DNA of 32,000 bases from Candidatus Saccharimonadota bacterium (lineage in GTDB: Bacteria; Pseudomonadota; Gammaproteobacteria; Enterobacterales; Enterobacteriaceae), in NCBI RefSeq assembly GCF_000973505.1, contig NZ_CP010048.1:60001-92000 (forward strand), in the 5' to 3' direction. Of the stretch, positions 18,396 through 29,249 are shown in pieces. The notes under the pieces were generated by a model. It was not told the origin of the DNA and ran no database searches. It saw only the letters and a list, made by a program, of their open reading frames with translations. Both the position numbers and the translations under genes were made by a program. Numbering within the stretch: the stretch's first letter is position 1; each line of letters begins with the position of its first letter.

Positions 18396-18582
18396 ATATC
18401 AAAAATACTAAGTAAAGATAATAAAAAAAATTATTAGAAGAGTGTTATTATCATTATCATCATCAATATTATTATTATTATATTGTTTGTGGTAATAATT
18501 ATTGTATAGTATTATTCGTGTTACTTTATATTTTTTTATTTATTTTTTTCTGATTAATGAAATATAATTTTTTTGTTGATTA

Positions 18583-18612
18583 CCCTTGAAGGTTTTTTAA
18601 ATATCCCCATCT
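18583..18612 (+). promoter_or_regulatory. sigma-32 (RpoH) heat-shock promoter of groES-groEL
   Basis: The sequence is CCCTTGAA-14 nt-CCCCATCTA. It matches the E. coli sigma-32 consensus (CCCTTGAA / CCCCATnTA) and the layout of the E. coli groE promoter. It is a C-rich island in an otherwise almost G/C-free spacer, about 200 nt upstream of the groES ATG. Confidence 0.7.
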
Positions 18613-18810
18613 ACTTAACTGTAAAGTAGAGTTGTAAATGTTTTAGAGTTAGTATTTTCGGGTTTTTTAGTATTGTTATTTTATTTAGGTTAATAGTTTG
18701 GTAGTTGGTAGTCAGTAGTTTGGTTTTTAATTTAATTAATTTTAAAATTTAAAATATTGAAATAGTTAGTAAAGATTTGAACTATTCTTATCTTAGGGGG
18801 CTAGTCAAAA

Positions 18811-19104
18811 ATGAAAATTCGTCCATTGCATGATCGTGTTATTGTGAAACGTAAGGAAGTTGAATCAAAATCGTCGGGGGGTATTGTGCTGACTGGTTCT
18901 GCAGCAGGTAAATCTACTCGCGGAGAGGTGTTAGCAGTTGGAAACGGACGTGTTTTAGAAAACGGTGAAATAAAAGCGTTAGATGTGAAAATTGGGGACA
19001 CTATAATATTCAATGATGGTTATGGTGTAAAGGTGGAAAAAATTGATAATGAAGAAGTTTTAATTATGTCAGAGAGTGATATTCTTGCTATTGTTGAAAA
19101 ATAA
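18811..19104 (+). CDS. groES: co-chaperonin GroES
   Basis: The 97 aa product begins [47 protein letters not shown]... and is near-identical to E. coli GroES. An AGGGGG Shine-Dalgarno lies upstream. Confidence 0.99.
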   Translation: MKIRPLHDRVIVKRKEVESKSSGGIVLTGSAAGKSTRGEVLAVGNGRVLENGEIKALDVKIGDTIIFNDGYGVKVEKIDNEEVLIMSESDILAIVEK

Positions 19105-19147
19105 TTTACGCGTAAAATATTTATTAATTGATCAACTGATAAACTGA

Positions 19148-20818
<1,671 letters not shown>

Positions 20819-20860
20819 ATTTAAGTAGTTTTACGTTTGTTGTTTTTTATTTTGTTTATG

Positions 20861-20897
20861 TAACCCCCAAAAGTATTATAGATTGGGGGTTATTTTT
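20861..20897 (+). terminator. rho-independent terminator of groESL
   Basis: A 9 bp G/C-containing stem, TAACCCCCA (20861-20869) pairing with TGGGGGTTA (20884-20892), encloses a 14 nt loop. It is followed directly by TTTTTGTTT and lies about 45 nt after the groEL stop. Confidence 0.72.
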
Positions 20898-20995
20898 GTT
20901 TATAACAATAGTAGTTTTTCAGATGATTGCATGAGTAATTTAGAGAATCTTTGTATTTAAATTATTAATAGATCTTAAGAGTAAAGATATAGATT

Positions 20996-21580
20996 ATGAT
21001 AATAAGATTAAATGATATAAATAAGTTTTGTGTAGGTTTAAAAATTATGCAAGATGGTGAGCCATGTATTGTCATTAGTAATGAGTTTGTAAAACCTGGT
21101 AAAGGCCAATCTTTTAGTCGTGTGCGTTTTCGAAAGTTAATTACTGGTAAGATTTTAGAAAAAACTTTTAAGTCTGGGGATTCTGTTGAATTAGCTAATG
21201 TTGAGGAGTTATGTTTAATATATTTATATAATGATAGAATATTTTGGTATTTTATGAATAATTTTACATTTGAACAAATATCTCTTGCTGCGGAGATTGT
21301 TAGGAATAATGTAAAGTGGTTAATAGCGCAGTCATGTTATGAGATAACATTTTGGAATGATAATCCAATTTTTATTACTCCTCCAAAATTTGTTAATCTG
21401 GAGGTTGTTGATATACAGCCGGCTATTAAAGGGGATACTGTATCTGCATCTACAAAATTGGCTATTTTAAGTACTGATGTAGTTATTAAAGTTCCGTTAT
21501 TTATTGAGAAAGGTGATTTGATTAAGGTTGATACTCGTTCTTCTGAATATGTTGCCCGTATTAGTAGGGAAGGTATATGA
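20996..21580 (+). CDS. efp: translation elongation factor P
   Basis: The 194 aa product contains GLKIMQDGEPCIV..EFVKPGKGQSFSRV (the conserved modified lysine in KPGKGQ), YLYNDRIFWYFMNNFTFEQ and VIKVPLFIEKGDLIKVDTRSSEYV. It is colinear with E. coli EF-P. Confidence 0.95.
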   Translation: MIIRLNDINKFCVGLKIMQDGEPCIVISNEFVKPGKGQSFSRVRFRKLITGKILEKTFKSGDSVELANVEELCLIYLYNDRIFWYFMNNFTFEQISLAAEIVRNNVKWLIAQSCYEITFWNDNPIFITPPKFVNLEVVDIQPAIKGDTVSASTKLAILSTDVVIKVPLFIEKGDLIKVDTRSSEYVARISREGI

Positions 21581-21637
21581 TTTATTTAATAAACAAAGAT
21601 GTTGGTTTGTCTTGTTATGTTGTTATTATTAATTAAA

Positions 21638-24600
21638 TTATGTGTTATGTTCATTTGTATTAATGTGTTTTATGTGCGGGAATGGTATTTGTAAGCCATG
21701 TTTTTTGTAGAAATGAATAATTAATATATGTACTTGATGTCGTACTGTCATTCTGTGTTTTATGTTTGAGGTGTAAATTCTGATTTCGAATAATGGTATT
21801 CCTTGTTCTAAATTTATTAAGTATACTTCTGGTTGGGGAATGTGTAGTACAAGAGGGCAGCTTTTTACGGCTTCTAGTATGATATGTGTTATTGTTGCGG
21901 TGTTGATTTCTGGTGGGCCAGGAATTTTTAGTGCGATTCGTGTAATTGTATCTGATAATGACCAATTAATAAATTTTTTAGTAATGAATTCTTTATTTGG
22001 GATAATGATATCTTTATGGTCCCAATCCGTGATTGTAGTTGCTCTGGTGTTTATTTGTGTGACGTGTCCAGTTAAATTCTCAATTGTTATTGTATCTTCG
22101 ATACGGATAGGTTTTTCAAACAGTATTATTAGCCCAGAAATAAAATTGGCGAAAATTTCTTGTAATCCAAATCCTAGCCCAACACCTATTGCGGCTATTA
22201 ACCATTGTAGTTTAGACCATTCAATTTCTAAGTGTGAACAGGATATTATAATACTAAATAGTATTAGAGTATGTTTTGTTAAAATAATAATAGCGTAATT
22301 TGTTCCAGGTGTAAAGTTCAAGTATTGTAATATGGTTAGTATCAATAGAGAGGGTAAATATTTAGTGAATTTTATTGTAAAAAAACATATTAATGTAATT
22401 GTTAGTAGTTTTTTTATGGTGATTGGTTGAATATTATTTGTGTTTACAATTATAGATGTTATTGTATCTAGTATAGTAGTTTTTTCTAGAAATACATATA
22501 TGTAATGAAGTTCAGACCATAGTGATAATATGATAACAATTGTGATGAAATTAATAGTTAATCGTATTAATTGTAGTGATTGGTTACTAATATGATATAA
22601 ATCATTGTTTGATAGATCATGAATGTTTTTTTTAATTATGGAATGTGCTGTTGGTATATTAATTGTATTGTTAGTTTTTGTGTAAGATTTAGGTAATAAT
22701 GATATATTGTGTTTTTTTGTATTTATTATATGTTTTGTTTGTTTTACGCGTTTGGACAAAATTTTGTATTTTTGAATAATGATCCAACGATGTGTAGTAT
22801 AATAAATAATTGATGATATAATTCCTATTATCAGTGATGTTTCTAATTGTAATAATAATGTTTGAGCGGTTGATAAATATCCGAAACAAGCGGCAGTTGC
22901 GCTGATTATTGGGAAGTATGTCATTATATACCATAGGTATTGGTTGATGATATTATTAGGTGATGTGTGTTTGTCTGTATACAACGGAAAATTTGCTTGT
23001 TTTAGCCGATATGTTATTAATGTTAAGCATATACATAATATAGTAAAAAATAATCGACTTAAAGTATCGTACAGTTCTTTATTGTTATAATTATTGCAAG
23101 TACTTATCGTAACAAGTAGTGTAGTGATTGCTATTATAAAAAAAGTTGGGTGATATAATGCTTGTTTTATTTTATTTTTTTTCCATTTAAAGTGACTGAT
23201 AAATAATCCATTTTGTGATGTGAAGTATGAAAATATCATTAGCAACCATAGAATTGGTGCAGCGGTTATTATGCCTTCCCCGATAGCTGAGGCGATTGGA
23301 TATTCCCATGATTGATATAAATTATATCCGAATAACATTAATAGTATTGGTATTGGTATAGCAATAATTATTGACCAAAAGATATTTTGTAATGTGAGCA
23401 AAAAATTATTTGTGTATTTTAATTGTTGGTTGGAGTGTTTCAAAAAAGAGTAGTATTTATTTTGGCATGTGATATGGCTTGAACATATAAATAACAAGAG
23501 TGTTAAAGATAATATTGAGCTTTTTTGATTGTTGATAAAAGATTTTTTTATTGCGGATGTTAATTGAAATAAAGTATTACTATTTAATAATAAGTGCAGA
23601 TCATGATATGTTTTGTATAGATAAGATAGATTAATTGGATGAATATCGGGAATCCAAAATAAATAATTATGTGCAGCGCATTCTATATTTTTAATAATAT
23701 CTTTGAGTTGTTCATGTGCAATTTTTAGTTTGGTTAATTCGAGAATTTGAATATCACAATTTGATAATAATGAATTTAATAGTTTTTTTTGGGTATCTGT
23801 TTGTGTTTTTAAAATATGTATTTGATTAGGTGATAATATTTCATTATTTTTTATGTTTTGTGATGATATTACAGAGAGTTTGTAAATTTGTTTTTCATAT
23901 TCTAAGTGATTTTTTTTTAGTTTGTTCATTTCATGGTTTAATTGTTGTGTTTGGTGGGTATTTTTTTTTGATAGTTTAAAGATTTGTGAACGTAGTGTTT
24001 CTCCAAGTGCTGGAGATCGGTCAATCCATTGCGATTGTTCCAATAATTTAGCCAGTGTTTGTCTCGCTTGAAGAATATGTGAGGCGGTTTGTCGTTGTTG
24101 TAGAGTGATTAGGTTTATGTGTTCTATTTGTTCTTTTAACGATTGTGAAAGATGACGATTGATTGTTAGTTGTTGAGCAATGTTTATTGAGTATATTCCT
24201 ATTTTTTCTGTTGTTTTTATGAGTGTTTCTATTTCTTCGATTGTGTGTGCTGTTTCTTGTTGTCGCATTTTGTGTAGTTGGATATGTGTCATTTGTAATT
24301 CATTATCTAGTCGCTCATATTTATTTTTTAGTAATTCAATGCGTAGTTTTGATAGTTCTTGTCGATTATTGGCACTTATTTGAGCGAGTTCTATTTCAGT
24401 GATTTTTGTTTGTTTAGATTCTTTTATTGCTTGTAGTGCAATTATTTTAGCTTGTTCTAAATAAGACATTGTTGTTGAAAAATTAGATATTTTTTGATGT
24501 ATATCGTTTAGTTCTTTTTTTATTTTGGTGTGTTGTTGAGGTAATGAGATTAAAGAATCGTTTATAGAACGTAGTAAATTTTGTTCTTGTTGTAATTCTT

Positions 24601-25006
24601 GATCTAAATTAGTTAATTGTTGGTTTATGTGTAGTAAATATTGTCTTAATTTATTACTATCAGAGATGTTTATGTTATTTTTGTTGTTTTTAGAATGAGA
24701 TTCAATATTTTTTTCTTCATGAAGTTGGTGTATTATAGATGAAAAGTTATTTATAATGTTTTGGTATTCTTCTATTTTTTTTTCAGAGTATCTTGTTTCC
24801 GATATTGATTGTAGTGCTGATGTTAATTGTTTTACAATGTTTTCTTTCTCTGTGTTAGATATATTATCTTGTGTGATAATATTTTTTATTTTATATTGTA
24901 TTTCGTTTTCATCTAGGATGTTATTGCTTGGTAATATTGTAGCGATTAATGAAAAAGAGGTACTTACGTTCCATAATGTGATTAAAAAAATAATGATGAT
25001 CCGCAT
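21638..25006 (-). CDS. mscM: large MscS-family mechanosensitive channel, MscM (YjeP)-like
   Basis: The 1122 aa product has a signal-like N-terminus and a long Q/N/K/E-rich coiled-coil-like region. About 11 predicted TM segments follow, then a C-terminal MscS domain (GVGLGFGLQEIFANFISGLIILFEKPIRIEDTITI..G.V..I..R.T.I). It lies 20 nt downstream of psd, the arrangement of E. coli psd-mscM. The paralogue MscK is the alternative assignment. Confidence 0.85.
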   Translation of the reverse strand: MRIIIIFLITLWNVSTSFSLIATILPSNNILDENEIQYKIKNIITQDNISNTEKENIVKQLTSALQSISETRYSEKKIEEYQNIINNFSSIIHQLHEEKNIESHSKNNKNNINISDSNKLRQYLLHINQQLTNLDQELQQEQNLLRSINDSLISLPQQHTKIKKELNDIHQKISNFSTTMSYLEQAKIIALQAIKESKQTKITEIELAQISANNRQELSKLRIELLKNKYERLDNELQMTHIQLHKMRQQETAHTIEEIETLIKTTEKIGIYSINIAQQLTINRHLSQSLKEQIEHINLITLQQRQTASHILQARQTLAKLLEQSQWIDRSPALGETLRSQIFKLSKKNTHQTQQLNHEMNKLKKNHLEYEKQIYKLSVISSQNIKNNEILSPNQIHILKTQTDTQKKLLNSLLSNCDIQILELTKLKIAHEQLKDIIKNIECAAHNYLFWIPDIHPINLSYLYKTYHDLHLLLNSNTLFQLTSAIKKSFINNQKSSILSLTLLLFICSSHITCQNKYYSFLKHSNQQLKYTNNFLLTLQNIFWSIIIAIPIPILLMLFGYNLYQSWEYPIASAIGEGIITAAPILWLLMIFSYFTSQNGLFISHFKWKKNKIKQALYHPTFFIIAITTLLVTISTCNNYNNKELYDTLSRLFFTILCICLTLITYRLKQANFPLYTDKHTSPNNIINQYLWYIMTYFPIISATAACFGYLSTAQTLLLQLETSLIIGIISSIIYYTTHRWIIIQKYKILSKRVKQTKHIINTKKHNISLLPKSYTKTNNTINIPTAHSIIKKNIHDLSNNDLYHISNQSLQLIRLTINFITIVIILSLWSELHYIYVFLEKTTILDTITSIIVNTNNIQPITIKKLLTITLICFFTIKFTKYLPSLLILTILQYLNFTPGTNYAIIILTKHTLILFSIIISCSHLEIEWSKLQWLIAAIGVGLGFGLQEIFANFISGLIILFEKPIRIEDTITIENLTGHVTQINTRATTITDWDHKDIIIPNKEFITKKFINWSLSDTITRIALKIPGPPEINTATITHIILEAVKSCPLVLHIPQPEVYLINLEQGIPLFEIRIYTSNIKHRMTVRHQVHILIIHFYKKHGLQIPFPHIKHINTNEHNT

Positions 25007-25026
25007 ATTAATAATAATAATGATAA

Positions 25027-25932
25027 CTATTGTTTAAGTGTGTTATGAGATAGTTTTGTGTATTCATTTACTCCTATTTTTCCTAGTGGATGTCCAACTT
25101 TTGTAATGTCGTTTGTGTTTAGATTTTTTTCGAAAGTAATTGTTCCATGACTAAATAAGTTAATAACTGTGGAACCTATTTTAAATAGTCCCATTTCTTC
25201 TCCTTTTAATAAAGTTAAAGGATTATTAGATGTGTGTGGGTAGTGCCAATGTTTTATTATTCCCTCCCGTGGTGGTGTTATGGTTCCTAGCCATTTAGTT
25301 TCAATACTTCCTGTAATTGTAGATCCTATTAATATTTGTACCATATAACCAAATTGAATTTCAAAAAAGCAAATAACTCTTTCATTCCGTGCAAATATAT
25401 TGTCAATTTTTTTTACTATTGTAGGATGTACTGAGAATAATTCGCCTGGTACATATATTACTTCTCTTAATATACCTTTGCATGGCATGTGAATTCTATG
25501 ATAGTTTTTGGGTGATAAATAGATTGTTATAAAATCTCCATTATAAAAATGGTTAATGATTGCGTCTTGTCCGGCAAGGAGTCCTTCTAGGTTGTATGTA
25601 TGATTTTTTGCTTGTAACAGATTTCCTGTTGAATTAATTTTTCCCATTTGTATTATTTTCCCATCAGCTGGCATGGTTATTATTTGTGGATCTGTATATA
25701 TAGGACGGGCGTTTTTATGTAATTTTCTAGTTAAAAATTCATTAAGCGTTAAATAATCTCGTGAATTTTGTTTTTGTGCTTCTTGCATGTCAATTTTGTA
25801 AATATATATAAGAAATTCTATTATGCATTGGGTTAGTAATCCCCCTTTATAATTTGCAATTAGGCCAATTAATTGTGTTATTCCACGTTTTGGTAATAGG
25901 TACTGTAATGTTATTTGTATTTTTTGTAGCAT
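25027..25932 (-). CDS. psd: phosphatidylserine decarboxylase proenzyme
   Basis: The 301 aa product is colinear with E. coli Psd. Matching stretches include LQYLLPK, YKIDMQEAQK, FARNERVICFF, GSIETKWLGTITPPREG, and FKIGSTVINLF, which contains the Gly-Ser self-cleavage (pyruvoyl) site. Confidence 0.95.
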   Translation of the reverse strand: MLQKIQITLQYLLPKRGITQLIGLIANYKGGLLTQCIIEFLIYIYKIDMQEAQKQNSRDYLTLNEFLTRKLHKNARPIYTDPQIITMPADGKIIQMGKINSTGNLLQAKNHTYNLEGLLAGQDAIINHFYNGDFITIYLSPKNYHRIHMPCKGILREVIYVPGELFSVHPTIVKKIDNIFARNERVICFFEIQFGYMVQILIGSTITGSIETKWLGTITPPREGIIKHWHYPHTSNNPLTLLKGEEMGLFKIGSTVINLFSHGTITFEKNLNTNDITKVGHPLGKIGVNEYTKLSHNTLKQ

Positions 25933-26448
25933 AGAATGAATCCTATAAAATTAAGTTGGGTGCAATTTAAGTTATGTTAGGAGTGTTATTAAAAATTATT
26001 TTATTTAAAGTGATTTTAAAAAAATTAGTTGTATTTTAATAGATTCTAAAATATTTGATAAAAAGTATTTGTATATTTATTTATAATTTATATTTATTTA
26101 TAATATTTATAATTAAGTATATCATTTATATTTATTATTTTGAGATTTATATATGTGATTGATTGATAAATATTTAAGTATTTTATGATCATACGATTTT
26201 TTTAAAGTTGTATGATTAATTGTATTAGAAGTGCTATAAAGTAGTAGAATTTTCTGTATTTTCAAAAAAAATATTTTTTAAGTTAATTATTGTTGGTTGT
26301 TTTAATATTTATTGAAGATGTGTATATTTTTTATTCGTTATTATGAATTTTTTGTGTGTGGTTGTATATATTTTTTTATTATGTTACAATTTTAAGTTAA
26401 TTGTATAATTGTTGGTATGACTATAATGATTGTTTGTATGAGATTGAA

Positions 26449-26994
26449 ATGTTAATAAGTGATGATAATTTAATATGGATTGATCTTGAAATGACTGGAT
26501 TAGATCCAGACCGTCATCGTATAATAGAAATTGCAACGTTAGTTACTGATAAAGAATTGAATATTTTAAGCGAAGGTCCTGTTTTGGCTATACGTCAATT
26601 AGAAGAGGATATATTGGCGATGGATCTTTGGAATGTTCGTGTTCATACAAGTACTGGGTTGATAGATCGAGTCAGAAAGAGTTGTATTAATGAAGAAGAA
26701 TCATCTGCTTTAACTTTGGATTTTTTACGAAATTGGGTCCCAGAGGGCAAATCTCCAATTTGTGGTAATAGTATTGCGCAGGATCGTCGTTTTTTATTTC
26801 GTTATATGCCAGAGTTAGAAGCATATTTTCATTATCGTTATTTGGATGTGAGTACTGTGAGGGAATTAGTGCGTCGTTGGAAACCGGATATTTTATCTGG
26901 ATATCAATTATATTCTGATCACACAGCATTAAATGACATACGTAAATCAGTTGCTGAGTTGATTCATTATCGTGAACATTTTATACGTTTATAG
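26449..26994 (+). CDS. orn: oligoribonuclease
   Basis: From ATG 26449 the 181 aa product reads [34 protein letters not shown].. and continues ..[35 protein letters not shown]. It is near-identical to E. coli Orn (DEDDh exonuclease). The track ORF starts at an upstream TTG (26401). Confidence 0.95.
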   Translation: MLISDDNLIWIDLEMTGLDPDRHRIIEIATLVTDKELNILSEGPVLAIRQLEEDILAMDLWNVRVHTSTGLIDRVRKSCINEEESSALTLDFLRNWVPEGKSPICGNSIAQDRRFLFRYMPELEAYFHYRYLDVSTVRELVRRWKPDILSGYQLYSDHTALNDIRKSVAELIHYREHFIRL

Positions 26995-27018
26995 GTAAGT
27001 AGTGGATATATTATTTAT

Positions 27019-27052
27019 ATAATCATTAATGATTATTCTTTATATTTTTTTT
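27019..27052 (+). terminator. candidate terminator after orn (weak, A/T-only hairpin)
   Basis: A perfect 18 bp palindrome, ATAATCATTAATGATTAT (27019-27036), lies 25 nt after the orn stop. It is followed by a T-rich stretch ending in T8. The stem has a single G-C pair, so the call is tentative. Confidence 0.3.
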
Positions 27053-27165
27053 GTGAAAAATAATTTTGTATGTTGTAAGTGGCGTAGTGTTGGTGTGTTT
27101 GTGTGTTTTTTGTGATGAATTATATTTGAATGTATTTAAGTATAGTTGGTATGATTGTAGTATTA

Positions 27166-27237
27166 GCGGGAGTAGCTCAGTGGTAGAGCATAACCTTGCC
27201 AAGGTTGAGGTCGCGAGTTCGAGTCTCGTTTCCCGCT
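27166..27237 (+). tRNA. glyV: tRNA-Gly (anticodon GCC), no encoded 3' CCA
   Basis: The sequence is GCGGGAGTAGCTCAGTGGTAGAGCATAACCTTGCCAAGGTTGAGGTCGCGAGTTCGAGTCTCGTTTCCCGCT. It is nearly identical to E. coli glyV/X/Y. It occurs as a single copy downstream of orn, where E. coli has three. Confidence 0.95.
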
Positions 27238-27402
27238 TAATTTTTTGTTGTTTTTAATGATAATTCGGTGAATTTGTTTTGTTTTTTATGTTTATTAAAA
27301 TGCGGTGGTATTAAAAAATTACATTTTTAATGTATAATAATTTAGTTATGTATTTCAGTACATTTTTTATGAATACTGCGTATTGTTGTTTGATTGTGGT
27401 AT

Positions 27403-27891
27403 ATGGGACAATATGAGATATTTTCTAATTCTGAATTAGAGACGATTAAATTAGCGAAGTTGTTAGCTAGTATTTCAGGTGTAGCCTGTAATATTTATTT
27501 ACGTAGTGATATTGGGTTGGGAAAGACCAGTTTTTGTAGAGGGTTTTTGAGAGGTTTAGGTTATTCCGGTCGAGTAAAAAGTCCAAGTTATAGTTTAGTG
27601 GAGGCTTATGTTTTTAGCTGTTTGACTGTGTATCATTTTGATTTTTATCGTTTGCGTAATTTTGAAGAAGTTGAGTATATCGGCATTCGGGATTATTTTA
27701 ATTGTTGTTCTTTGTGTTTGGTAGAATGGCCAAATTTAGTAGAAAATATTTTACCACAGGAAGATATATCTGTGCTTCTGGAGTATCATCGCTCGTTGTT
27801 TATTCGTAAAATCACATTTCGATCTTATAGTTTTTTGGGAGAATCAATTTTAAAAAAGTTGTGTATTTATGGAAGTATGCACGTATGTTAA
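27403..27891 (+). CDS. tsaE: tRNA threonylcarbamoyladenosine biosynthesis ATPase TsaE (YjeE)
   Basis: A P-loop region is present (IYLRSDIGLGKTSFCRGFLRGLG), together with VKSPSYSLVE, YHFDFYRL and ICLVEWP-like LCLVEWP. It is colinear with E. coli TsaE and lies directly upstream of amiB, as in E. coli. I place the start at ATG 27403; the track starts at TTG 27394. Confidence 0.85.
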   Translation: MGQYEIFSNSELETIKLAKLLASISGVACNIYLRSDIGLGKTSFCRGFLRGLGYSGRVKSPSYSLVEAYVFSCLTVYHFDFYRLRNFEEVEYIGIRDYFNCCSLCLVEWPNLVENILPQEDISVLLEYHRSLFIRKITFRSYSFLGESILKKLCIYGSMHVC

Positions 27892-29249
27892 GATTGAAAT
27901 TTAGTGTAATTTTGGTAGTAGCGTATTATTTGTTTATAATACATGAGGTATATGCTTCGGTAGTACTTAATAATTTTTGTATTATGAATGACTGTAATAA
28001 ATCAATAATAGTATTCAGTTTTCAAGATATTCCTAGTTATAAGTTTTATGTTTTGCATAATCCAGAAAGATTGGTTATAGATATTTCGAATATTATTATT
28101 CCAATGCATCGTGAGAAATTTCCTGTGAATTTTTCTAATGAAAATATAATTCATCGTGTTCGTGTTAATAAAACAATAGATAAAAATAATGTACGTTTTG
28201 TATTTGATCTATCGTATATATCGTGTATAGATGATGTTTTGTTGGAAGATATTAGTGGGTATTATACAGTATTTTTAATAATTACTCGAAATTTATCATT
28301 TTTACATGATGTAAGTTCTTTAGATCTTAATTTTCGTAAAAAAAGTATTGAAAATTCGAATATTAAATTATCTAAATTGCAAAAGAATAAAAGTTCATTT
28401 TGTGATTATATAGGAAATAAGTTATCCCAACAAGTTTTGTCGTGCCCAATGAAAATATTTCCTGTGCCCATTGTAGTAGCTATTGATGCGGGGCATGGTG
28501 GTCATGATCCTGGGGCTATGGGGTATAGTGGTTTATGTGAAAAAGATGTTACGATAGCTATTGCCAAAAAGTTTAAAAAATTGTTGGATACTGATCCAGT
28601 CTTTAATCCTGTGATGATCCGTGAAGGGGATTATTTTATTTCTGTATTGAAACGTGCTGAGTTGGCTCGTAATAAGGGTGCTAAGATATTATTATCGATT
28701 CATGCTGATGCTGTTTCAAATCGCGTTAAAAGTAATAGTGTTCGAGGTGCTTCAGTGTGGGTATTATCTGATCGTCGTGCTGATATTGAAATAAGTCATT
28801 GGTTAGAAAATAGGAACAAATTATCACAATTATGTGGAGCAGTCAGTGATATATTGGGTGAATCTGTTAGTTCTGATCCCTATTTTAATCGTGTAATTTT
28901 GGATTTACAGTTTTCTCATGCTCAAAAAGTTGGGTATGACATTGCATTGAAGATGTTGCGTGAGTTGGAAAATATTGGTGTATTACATAAATATGTACCA
29001 GAATATTCTGATTTTGGAATTTTGCGTTCTTTAGATATTCCATCGGTTTTAATCGAGACTGGTTTTATTACTCATGCAGGGGAGGAAAAGTTACTTGGTA
29101 GTGATTTTTATCAAGAAAAAATAGCTTGTGCTTTATATAAAGGGTTACGTTCGTATTTTGGGGAGTGTGTTTCTTATGTTTCAAAGAAAATAGAATCTAA
29201 GAGATCTTATAATTATAATATTAAGAGTATGAGTGGAAAAATGTTATAA
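27885..29249 (+). CDS. amiB: N-acetylmuramoyl-L-alanine amidase AmiB
   Basis: ATG 27885 gives a signal-peptide-like MLRLKFSVILVVAYYLFIIHEVYA, followed by an AMIN-like N-domain. The Amidase_3 catalytic domain is present (VVAIDAGHGGHDPGA, LLSIHADA, GASVWVLS, PSVLIETGFI). The start overlaps the tsaE stop by 7 nt (ATGTTAA). Confidence 0.9.
   Translation: MLRLKFSVILVVAYYLFIIHEVYASVVLNNFCIMNDCNKSIIVFSFQDIPSYKFYVLHNPERLVIDISNIIIPMHREKFPVNFSNENIIHRVRVNKTIDKNNVRFVFDLSYISCIDDVLLEDISGYYTVFLIITRNLSFLHDVSSLDLNFRKKSIENSNIKLSKLQKNKSSFCDYIGNKLSQQVLSCPMKIFPVPIVVAIDAGHGGHDPGAMGYSGLCEKDVTIAIAKKFKKLLDTDPVFNPVMIREGDYFISVLKRAELARNKGAKILLSIHADAVSNRVKSNSVRGASVWVLSDRRADIEISHWLENRNKLSQLCGAVSDILGESVSSDPYFNRVILDLQFSHAQKVGYDIALKMLRELENIGVLHKYVPEYSDFGILRSLDIPSVLIETGFITHAGEEKLLGSDFYQEKIACALYKGLRSYFGECVSYVSKKIESKRSYNYNIKSMSGKML

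Noticed and set aside
21840-22298. 152 aa plus-strand ORF, plus the other ORFs inside mscM: 21660-21965(-), 22689-22934(-), 24180-24383(+), 24756-25037(+)
   Set aside because: All are antisense to, or out of frame within, the well-supported mscM CDS. Their products are low-complexity. Long open antisense frames are expected because the T/G-rich plus strand is depleted in stop codons.
27066-27257. 63 aa plus-strand ORF in the supplied track
   Set aside because: It runs straight through tRNA-Gly(GCC) at 27166-27237. It has no homology signal, and a Cys/Val/Ser/Phe-rich product is typical of random T/G-rich sequence.
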